58,283 bases of DNA from Polyangiales bacterium (lineage in GTDB: Bacteria > Myxococcota_A > Polyangia > Polyangiales > Ga0077539). The notes beneath the pieces are model-generated. The model had not been told where the DNA came from and did no database searches. It saw only the letters and a list, made by a program, of their open reading frames with translations. Of this stretch, positions 42,975 through 51,218 are shown piece by piece. The first letter of the stretch is position 1. Each line of letters begins with the position of its first letter. A program made the position numbers and the translations under genes. The stretch spans positions 1 through 58,283 of the forward strand of contig JAXLYI010000006.1 in the NCBI GenBank assembly GCA_046351555.1, read 5' to 3'.

Positions 42975-44030
42975 TCAGCGCCCGCGCGCGCAGGCCCCGC
43001 AGGCAAAGCGCCCCTGGGCGTGGGGCACGCAGCGCTCGCACGCGAGGTGGAGCCGGTCGTCGCAGAGGGCCGGCCGCGCCGTCGCGCCCCCGCAGAGCTC
43101 GCAGGCCAGCAGGTCGAGCGCCTGCGCCCCCGCCGGGAGCGTCACCCGCAGCTCGCGCTCGGCCTTGCGCCGCCGCAGCCGCAAGCGCACGCGCACCGCC
43201 GGCAGGAGCGCCCCCACCATCGCCACCGGGGCGGCCTCCACCTTCGGCGTGTACCGCAGCACCACGTCGCGCAGCCGCGCGTCGCGCTCGGCGACGACCG
43301 CGGCCGCGCGCGCCGCGAGGGCCGCGGCGTCCACCTTGCGCCGCCCCGCGCCCAGCTCCGCCACCAGGCCGGCGAAGTACTCCGTCATGCGCGCGTGGTC
43401 GCGCGCGTGGCGCCGCTCGATCGCCGCCAGCGGCTCCGCGGTCGCCGCCTCCAGCGCGGCGCGCACGCGCGCCGGCAGCGCGGCCGTGAGCGGCGCGAAG
43501 TCACCCGCCGCGGGGCGGAGCCCGCCGACGCCGCGCGCCGGGTCGAGCAGGGCCGTGACGCGCGCCTCGGGCTCGCCCCCGTCGGGGCCCACCGCCACGT
43601 CGAAGGCGCCCTCGTAGCGGTCGTCGGCCTCCACCGACCAGCCCACCGTCGCGCGGAGGTACGGCGCCTCCAGCGACGCCGCGTCGACGACGTCGGCGAG
43701 CCCGTTGCGCACCACCAGCCGCGCGGCCAGCGAGGTCGCCTGCGACGCCTTCGGCGCGTCGACCTCGGGCGCCGCCACCGCCCACGGCACCCCCGCCCGC
43801 GCCGACACGGTGAGCGCCTCGAGCAGCGGCGACCCGATGCCGCACGCGACGGCTGCGCCGTCGGCCGGCGACGCCGCGAGCGCCACCTCCTCGGGCAGCG
43901 CGAGGGCCCTCGCAAGCTCGGCCGGCAGGAGCGCCTCGACGCGGCCCTCGCGCGCGTCCACCAGGGCCCCGCGCGCGGCGAGGGCGCGGGCGGCGAAGTC
44001 GAGCGGGTCGGGGAGGTCGGCGGCGCTCAC
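42975..44030 (-). CDS. Hypothetical protein with a C-terminal Cys-rich zinc-ribbon, translationally coupled to the SNF2 helicase
   Basis: GTG start overlaps the helicase TGA stop (GTGA). C-terminus reads LLACELCGG...ALCDDRLHLACERCVPHAQGRFACGAC, with CxxC pairs. Confidence 0.6.
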   Translation of the reverse strand: MSAADLPDPLDFAARALAARGALVDAREGRVEALLPAELARALALPEEVALAASPADGAAVACGIGSPLLEALTVSARAGVPWAVAAPEVDAPKASQATSLAARLVVRNGLADVVDAASLEAPYLRATVGWSVEADDRYEGAFDVAVGPDGGEPEARVTALLDPARGVGGLRPAAGDFAPLTAALPARVRAALEAATAEPLAAIERRHARDHARMTEYFAGLVAELGAGRRKVDAAALAARAAAVVAERDARLRDVVLRYTPKVEAAPVAMVGALLPAVRVRLRLRRRKAERELRVTLPAGAQALDLLACELCGGATARPALCDDRLHLACERCVPHAQGRFACGACARGR

Positions 44031-46708
44031 GCTTCGAAGTCCCCCCCGAAGAGCGCCTCGTCGAGGCTGCGGGTCTTCTCGTAGCGGCCTCGGGCGGCGA
44101 GGAGCTCGGCGGCGAGGCGGTCGAAGGTCGCGTCGACCTCGGCGTCGGTCTTCGCGCGGGCCACCGACTGGACGAGCCAGTCCTCGAGGTCGCGCTCCTC
44201 GGCGAGGTTGCCGAGCACCATGTCCATCTCGCCCACCACGAGCTGGAAGAGCTGCACGCGGCGGTCGAGCACGTCGAGGACGCGCTCCTCGATCGTGTCC
44301 TTCGAACAGAGGTTGTAGACGTGCACCTCGCGGGTCTGCCCCATGCGGTGCAGGCGGCCGATGCGCTGCTCGATGGCCATGGGGTTCCAGGGGAGGTCGT
44401 AGTTGACGAGGACGTTGCAGTGCTGGAGGTTGTGGCCCTCGCTGCCGGCCGCGGTGGCGACCATCACCACGGCCCCGCCCGCGCGGAAGCGCTCGAGCGC
44501 CGCGGCCTTCTCCCGCGCGTCGAGCCCGCCGTGGAAGGCCACCGCCGCCACGCCCGCCCGCTCCACCGCCGCCACCACCTCGTCGAGCGTCTCGCGGTAC
44601 CGCGTGAACACCAGCGCCGGCTCGCGCCGCGCCGCCACCACCTGGAGGAGCGCCGCCGCCTTGCCCGACGCGCCCGCCGCCGTGGCGAGCCGCTCGATCA
44701 CCCCGAGCTTCTCGCGGACCTCCTTCTTGTCCGCCCCCTTCGCCTTCTCGCGCATCCGGGCGACGGTGGCCCGCACCGCGCGCGGCGACGAGCCCGCCTC
44801 CAGCAGCAGCGACGTGGCCGCGAGCTGGAGCCCCGCGTCCTCGTGGTGGATCCGCACGAAGGCCAGCACCATCGCGTAGAGCGCGCGCTCGTCGTCGGAC
44901 ATCGGCACGGCGACGGTGGTGACGAAGCGCGGCGGCAGCGCGAGGCCCGACTGGGCGCGGGTGTTGCGCACCATCACCTCGGCGAGCAGCGCGCGGAGGG
45001 CCTCGCGGTCCTTCGGGCGCGTCGGGTCCTTCGGGTCGACGAAGCGCTTGCGGAAGGCCGCCGGCGTGTCGAACTGCCCGGGCCGCAGCAGCGTGACGAG
45101 GTTGTAGATCTCCTCCAGGTCGTTCTCCACCGGCGTCGCCGTGACCAGGAGGAGGAAGCGCTGCTTGAGCCCGACGACGAGCTTGTAGCCCATGGTCGCG
45201 CGGTTCTTGATGTGGTGCGCCTCGTCGACGATCACCACGTCCCAGGGGTGCGCCTGCACCACCGGCGCGTGGCGCGCGGCGCGCGCGAGGGAGAGCGACG
45301 CCACCACCACCCCGGGCCCCGACCAGAAGCCCTCCGGGTCGTCCTTCGCGCGCGGGTCGTCGGTGGTGCGGGCGGCCACCCCCGCCTTCTGCGCGAGCTC
45401 CCCGGCCCACTGCGGCACCAGCGACGCCGGGGCGAGCACCAGCGCGCGCCGGGCCATGCCCCGCACCTGGTACTCGCGCAGCACCATCATCGCCTCCACC
45501 GTCTTCCCGAGGCCCACCTCGTCGGCCAGGATCCCTCGGCCCCGCAGCGCGCGCAGCACGCGCCGCACCGTCTCCGTCTGGTAGCGGTGCGGGACGACGT
45601 CGCGCATCGTCGCCACCGCCAGCAGCTCGTCGAACTGCGCCGCCGACGCGAGCCGTTGCGCGTCGAGCGCCAGCGCCACCGCGCCGAGCGGCGACGGCGG
45701 CGACGCCAGCACCGCGGCGAAGCGGGCGACGTCCAACGTCGGCAGCGCGCGGGCCGCGGGCGCGAAGGCCGGCGCCTCCGGGAGTGAAGGCGCGGCGGGG
45801 GCCTTCGGCGCAGCGGGCGCGGGCGCGGCGGGAGCGGGCGCAGCGGAAGCCACGGGTGCGGCGGAAGCGGCGGGCGCAGCGGAAGCCACGGGCGGGCGGC
45901 GCACAAGCAGGTCCCGCACCTCGCGGCGCTGGAGGAGCTCGCGCACGCGCCGCTCGAGGAGGGCCTTCGGCAGCCGCCCGAACTCCCCCGCCGGCAGCCG
46001 CGCGAAGGAGGCCGCGTCGCGCACCGACTGGGCGATCCGCTCGGCGAGGCGCGCGGGGTTGTTCACCGCGAGGCCCGCGTCGGCGAGGACGGCGACCGCC
46101 TTCTCCGCGGTGAGCCGGTGGGGCTTGCAGAGCGCCATCGCGGCGGCCAGCAGGTCGCTGCCGGTGAGGTGATCGGCGGCGTGGCGGGCGCCGAGCAGCG
46201 CCCGGAGCGTCGCGTCGTCGTCCGCGGGGGGCGGCTCCGTGGGCGGGGCCTTCGCGCGGCGCGACGGTGCCTTCACCCGTTCGGGCGTTGGGATGGGGAG
46301 CACCGGCATCCCCGCCGCCCCCCGCACGAGCGAGTGCCCGCGCGCGAGCGGGTCGACCGCGGCGGCCTTCACCTCCCAATAGCGCCGCTCGTACTCGCCC
46401 GCCCGCGCCGGGTCGTCGACGATCTGCGCGCGGAGCGCCATCAGCCAGAGCGCCGCGTCGGGGCCCTGTTGGAGGTCGACGGCGAGGGCGGTCTGGGGGC
46501 GACCGTGGGGCGGCCGGGCAAAGAAGTGCTCGACGCCAGCGTGCTGCTGGTTGTCCTCGGTCGACCGCGCGACGAGCGCGACGCGCCGGCAGTCGCACTC
46601 GGGGAGCGGGCAGTAGAAGTCGAAGACGTGGGCGACGCCGACGTCCGGGAGCGTGACGGAGATGGACCAGCCCCGCGGGTCGAGGCGCTGCCACGCGATC
46701 AGCGACAC
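44027..46708 (-). CDS. SNF2-family (RapA/HepA-like) DNA-dependent ATPase/helicase with a ~340-aa uncharacterised N-terminal region
   Basis: Motif I ADEVGLGKTVEAM, motif II VVIVDEAHHIKN, motif III LLLVTATPVEN, and helicase-C motifs VATAAGSEGHNLQ and QRIGRLHRMGQ. Confidence 0.85.
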   Translation of the reverse strand: MSLIAWQRLDPRGWSISVTLPDVGVAHVFDFYCPLPECDCRRVALVARSTEDNQQHAGVEHFFARPPHGRPQTALAVDLQQGPDAALWLMALRAQIVDDPARAGEYERRYWEVKAAAVDPLARGHSLVRGAAGMPVLPIPTPERVKAPSRRAKAPPTEPPPADDDATLRALLGARHAADHLTGSDLLAAAMALCKPHRLTAEKAVAVLADAGLAVNNPARLAERIAQSVRDAASFARLPAGEFGRLPKALLERRVRELLQRREVRDLLVRRPPVASAAPAASAAPVASAAPAPAAPAPAAPKAPAAPSLPEAPAFAPAARALPTLDVARFAAVLASPPSPLGAVALALDAQRLASAAQFDELLAVATMRDVVPHRYQTETVRRVLRALRGRGILADEVGLGKTVEAMMVLREYQVRGMARRALVLAPASLVPQWAGELAQKAGVAARTTDDPRAKDDPEGFWSGPGVVVASLSLARAARHAPVVQAHPWDVVIVDEAHHIKNRATMGYKLVVGLKQRFLLLVTATPVENDLEEIYNLVTLLRPGQFDTPAAFRKRFVDPKDPTRPKDREALRALLAEVMVRNTRAQSGLALPPRFVTTVAVPMSDDERALYAMVLAFVRIHHEDAGLQLAATSLLLEAGSSPRAVRATVARMREKAKGADKKEVREKLGVIERLATAAGASGKAAALLQVVAARREPALVFTRYRETLDEVVAAVERAGVAAVAFHGGLDAREKAAALERFRAGGAVVMVATAAGSEGHNLQHCNVLVNYDLPWNPMAIEQRIGRLHRMGQTREVHVYNLCSKDTIEERVLDVLDRRVQLFQLVVGEMDMVLGNLAEERDLEDWLVQSVARAKTDAEVDATFDRLAAELLAARGRYEKTRSLDEALFGGDFEA

Positions 46709-46776
46709 GCGTCAACCGCTACCACACCCCCAACCGGCGCCGCGAACCGAAACGGGAGGCGATCCCTGAGGCGCTC

Positions 46777-46960
46777 TGCGCCGACCCCGTGTCACGGGGC
46801 GACCGGTTCCGGGAGCGGTCCGCGCCGACCCCACCCCACCGGGCGACCGGTCCCGGGAGCGGTCTGCACCGACCCCGTCTCATGGATCGACCGGTTCCGG
46901 GAGTGGTTCGCGCCGACCCTGACCATCGCGCGACCGGTTCCGGGAGCGGTCGGCCGATGG
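46777..46960. repeat. Tandem array of about 4.5 copies of a 44-nt unit carrying the hairpin GACCG-GTTCCGGGAG-CGGTC, immediately upstream of the SNF2 gene
   Basis: Units begin at 46799, 46843, 46887 and 46930, with a partial unit before 46799. A ~33-nt conserved core CGACCGGTTCCGGGAGCGGTCYGCRCCGACCCY is followed by ~11 variable nt. Confidence 0.65.
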
Positions 46961-47099
46961 GAGCGTCAGCGCGATACCCACCCCGCCCGTCCCACCGCAG
47001 TGCGGGTTGACCGTCTGGCACCCCGGCGCCTCCAACGAGCACTCGGCAAACCGCTGCGCGTGAGTCGGCCGTGGGAAGGTGGGGACGCCTCGATGGGCC

Positions 47100-47245
47100 G
47101 GTCGTCGGGGTTCTCCAGCGCGACCCCCGCGGCGACGAACCGGTAGGACGGTGAAGCGCCGCACCGTCTCCCGCGTGTTGGGCGCGTACACCTTCCCGTA
47201 GCTCCGCTCGGAAGCATCATCGGCGTGATCCCCATGCAGGGCGAG
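47100..47245 (-). pseudogene. Roughly 140-bp fragment duplicating an internal 3'-region segment of the methyltransferase gene (copy of 51476-51615)
   Basis: About 95% nucleotide identity to 51476-51615. Translates to ERSYGKVYAPNTRETVRRFTV...FVAAGVALENPDDR, the same peptide as in the methyltransferase C-terminal region. Confidence 0.6.
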
Positions 47246-47319
47246 CGCACCAAAATCGCTTGAATTGCAGCCTCGCGGCGGGGTTGCCAGTTGCAGCCCA
47301 TGGGGCCACCCCAGACGCA

Positions 47320-50300
47320 GGGTCATGGGGCCGGGGAGAGGCGAGGCGTCACCCGTTGGTAACCCGGAGACGCCGCCTCGGCGTCGAGGGCCTCGAGGAG
47401 GGGCGCGGAGCGACCCGACGACGTCTCTTGCTGGATCATGGGGCCACCTCGGTGACGTCGGCGACGACGATCCCGGTGTTGCTCCTCGCCGCCAACGTCG
47501 CCAAGTTCGATCTCGCGACGACGCGCGCGAGGGTGCGAGTGCACCTTCGGCTGCGGCGCGCTCGGCGGCGGCGACGTTACGTTCGGCTTCTGCCGCGGGC
47601 AGGTACGTCTCGCCGTCATCGAAGTCGAACGCCGTTCTTCACAGGTCCACCGCGCTCTGCGCCAGCGCACGTCGTCGAACATCGCCAGACCCGCCTCTTC
47701 CTCCTGCTCATCGACGCGCGCGAAGTCGTCGATGATCAGCAGGTCCACCGACGACAGCGACGCCATCTCCGCGTCCCGCGAGTTGTCCAGCCGGCTCTGC
47801 CGCAGGCGCCGCAGCATCGCGTCGGCGCGCCGAAGCACCTGGTAGCCGTAGCGGAGACGCCATCCGCGAGATGCTTCGGCGCGAGGGCTCGCCAGCTCGC
47901 TCAGCACGCGCGCCTCGTAGGAGACCTTCTTCGTCCCACGCCTCCGGCGCATGCCCGGGTCGAGCCCGGCCTCGCGGCGCGCAGCCGCGCCCGACTCGCG
48001 GCGCGAGACCCGTCGCTCAGATCGTCAGCAGCACGTCCTCGACGGCCATGTCCTTCTCGGCGCCGTGAGGCCGCCTGGGCGCGCGTACGATCAAGCGTCC
48101 CAGCCGCAGCCGCTTGAGCACCGAGACCGCTCGGGCAAGAGGGCGCGCGGCGTCATCGCGGGTCCCCCTTGCGCTCGCTCGACGCGCCGGTGCGGAAGTG
48201 CTCAGCCGACCTCGCGAAGCGCGGGCGGAGCGCCACCACCTGCCGTCGCGCCGGCCGGCGTGCCCGGCGCCTGGGCCTGCTTGAGCATGCGGCCGAGCCG
48301 CGTGACGTCCACCACGTTCGAAGGCGAGCGCGTTGGAGACGCTCGACGCGCCCTGTCGCCGTGGGCGTCGCACAGCGCATCGAGCGTACGCCTGGCGCAT
48401 GCGCGTCCACGGCAGGGCCCTCCGACACCGCTCGGCGTACCGCCGATGTGGTCGCCGCGTCGGCGCGCCCTCGCATGCACCGCGTCGACGCTAGCACGCG
48501 AAGTCCGCCTTGCCCTCGGGTAGTCAGCGCGGTCGTCGTGCGCTTGCCGGCGCGGTGCGGACGTGCGCCTTGATCAGCTCGTGCCGAGGTACGCGGACGT
48601 CGTGCGGTCGACACCCGCACCGACTGGCCGATCTAGCGAGACCACCTCGCTCTGGAGGCTCCCTGCTGGAGATGCCGGACCGCGCGGATCGCCGCGCGGT
48701 CGCCGGGAAGGCGGGTGAGCTGCTGAGCAAGCACTCGCGGCGCGCGCTCGGCGCGCCGCGTCGATCGAGGCGATCGTCGCCTGCGCGCGCGACACGATGG
48801 GCGTCGCGCAGGCCCCGGCTGGAGGGCAGGGCGCGGGTACGGCACGTCGTGTCCGAGATGCTCCGGCACCGCGAGAGGTCGGGAGGTCGACCAGCGTAAG
48901 CTCCGCGCGCTGCTGGAGTCGCGCCCCGAGCTCGGCGCGATGGCGCGGTGGGTGGGGCTGGTGACGACCGGGGTGCTCCTCGGCCGTCGGCGACCCGCTC
49001 GACTTCCACCACGCGGGCGCCTACGAGAGGAAGGCGTGCGGGCTCAACCCCTCAAGGGCACGACAACGGCACGGCCGCGCGCGGCGGGGCTTCATCACCC
49101 GCGCGGCTCCGCGTGCGCGCGCGCAAGTACCTGGCCACGTATTCCAGTGCTGCGGTGGAAGGCCGCGACCGCGCGACATGCGCCTGAGTCGAGCGCCGCC
49201 GGAGCTGGCGCGCAAGGGCAAGGTCTCCGCGCTGGTGGCGCTGATGCGCAAGGCCGTCAAGCGCGCCCTCTGGCACCTGCGCCGTGGGCAGGACTACGAG
49301 GCGGGCAAGCTCTTCGATCTGCGTCGACTCACGCTCACGCCCCGGCGCGAGGCCACGCTCATCACCGAGTCCGACGCGGGCGGCGGTACCGTGCCCGCCG
49401 ACGCACGACGATGCGACGACGACGGCGCCCGCGCGCGATGGCGCGTCGGGCGCGGCGGCCGCGTCCGGAGGCGACGGCGACTAACGCGACGAAGGCCACG
49501 ACGAAGGCCGCGACGAAGGCGGCGACGAAGGCCACGACGAAGATCCGCGACGGGCGACGACGCCGCGGCGGTGAGGCCGCGCGCGACGACGCATCGAAGG
49601 CGACGCGCGCGCACGCGAAGCGCGAGGCCCGGGGCGGCAAGCGACGGGGATCGCGCGAGGAGCCGACGGCGCGGCACCGGAACGCGGGCCGCGTGCGGGC
49701 GCGTTCGATGGCGCCGCCCCGGGCGCTGCTTCGGCAGGCGCTGGGGCGCATCGCCCGCAGCCGCGGGAGCAGGTCGTCGCCCGCCCTCGTCGGCCGCGTC
49801 ACTCATCTGCCCGAGGTCGTGCGGGGTGACGACGGCGTCGCGCACGTGCTCGCCGAAGCGAACGGGCGTCGGCACGGGGGCCGGCGGCGCTGGCGCCGTG
49901 CTCGCACAGCAGGCCCAGCGCGCCGGGGTCGTCGGTGCCGCGGCGTCCCGGCCACCGCCTCGCGCAGCGCCTCGGCGCCTAGAGGTCGAGCGCCACGATG
50001 GAGCGCGCCACGGCGTTGCCCAGGTTGCGCCCGGCGTCGAGCCAGCGCGCCAGCTCGCGTCGATGCCGGGCGCCTCGGCGCGCAGCCGGTCGCGCCCCTT
50101 GAGCCCCTGGCCGCGCGGCGCTCGGCCACCAGCTCGGCGCGGTGCTCGCGTGCTCGGAACGACCGTCGGCGGCCCCAGGATCGCGCGTGCGGGCGACCTC
50201 CGTACGCGCCGTCCAACAGCTGCACGCGCGCGTCGTCGGCGGCCATCGTCAGTGCGGCCCGCCCACGCCGGCGGCACCGGTAGAGGTTGGTGTCGAGCCG

Positions 50301-51130
50301 CGCGAAGGCCGTCCGGTCGATCGCCACGGGCACGACCTGCTCGGGCGGGGCATCGGGTCGGGCAGCGCCAGCAGCTTCGTGCGCCCTCGGCGAAGGCGCC
50401 GACGGTGCGATCGGGCAGGCGCGGGTGGGGCCGCCGGCGCCACCTCGCGCAGGAACTCCCCGAGCTCGCGGTTGCCCTGCGCCACGTCGCGATCGCGCCT
50501 GCCAGGAAGCGGTCGCGACAGGTAGCGACATCGCGCGCTCCACGCGGCCTTCTCCGCGTGCGCCCGCACCGTGCAGAGCCGCGCCTGCGTGCAGAAGGCC
50601 GCGGAGAGCTCGACCACCGCGGGGTGGAAGCCGCGCCTCAGCACCGGTGCGCGGGTTGTCGAAGAGCCACTGCCGCGGCGACCCTCCGAAGAAGGCGTGG
50701 CGCGGATCGGGAGCGGCGCAGCGAGGCGCGTCGGTCCCAGACGCACTCGGCGAAGAGCATCCGCGACCAGGAGAGCACCATCACGAAGAGCCACAGCCCG
50801 CGGCGCCCGCGGCCTCGCCGCCGACGAAGGCCAGTCGACCTGCGCCTGCTCGCCGACGAGGGTCTCGGTGCGCAGGAAGGCGCCCGCGGCGAGGCTGGCG
50901 CGCCGCGCGACGCCCCGCAGCGTGCGCACCGAGCCCTTGTAGCGGGGCGAGCATGTCGGCCGCGGCGCGCAGCGGTAGCGCGCCGGTCTGCGCGATGCCG
51001 AAGGACTCGCTCCCGATCCACGCGCAGAGTCGAGGACAGCGCGCCGGCGTCGACGCGAGGGCGCCGACGCGCGAAGAGCGTGTCGGGACCTTCATGCGCC
51101 CGAACGGGCGCGAAGGCACTCAACGCGGCG
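47320..51130 (-). mobile_element. Heavily degraded IS21-family element (istA transposase and istB helper remnants with many frameshifts), plus ~1.7 kb of unassignable decayed sequence
   Basis: IstB-like remnant at 47323-47952 (LRRLRQS...VDLLIIDDFARVDEQEEEAGLAMFDDV). IstA-like remnants between about 49800 and 51120 in different frames (LVGEQAQVDWP; LFVMVLSWSRMLFAE; LDTNLYRCRRRGRAALTMAADDARVQLL). No intact ORF. Confidence 0.5.
49486..49542. repeat. 12-nt tandem repeat (GCGACGAAGGCC-like), about 4.75 copies
   Basis: Reads GCGACGAAGGCCACGACGAAGGCCGCGACGAAGGCGGCGACGAAGGCCACGACGAAG. Confidence 0.7.
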
Positions 51131-51218
51131 CGCGGATTTTTCGAGGCTCTGCCGATTCCTACTTGCCTATGACAGCGCACGGGCTCTACCTCCCGCACGA
51201 ACCATCCCCCCGTCAGGA

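Noticed and set aside
42975-46715. 1246-aa minus-strand ORF overlapping the SNF2 gene
   Set aside because: The upstream ~890 codons are an alternative frame of the SNF2 helicase gene with no motifs. Only the 3' part (42975..44030) is a real, separately initiated gene.
46777-46960. Possible CRISPR array
   Set aside because: The period is 44 nt with ~33-nt repeats and only ~11-nt variable segments, too short for spacers. The repeats are not identical, and no cas genes are present.
47323-47952. Intact IstB transposition helper ORF (209 aa)
   Set aside because: It aligns only to the C-terminal third of IstB. The Walker A region upstream is unrecognisable and in another frame, so it is treated as part of a degraded IS, not a functional gene.
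49178-51172. 664-aa plus-strand ORF
   Set aside because: It is antisense to the IstA remnants and R/A/G-rich. Only a short N-terminal stretch looks protein-like, which I noted as a fragment instead.
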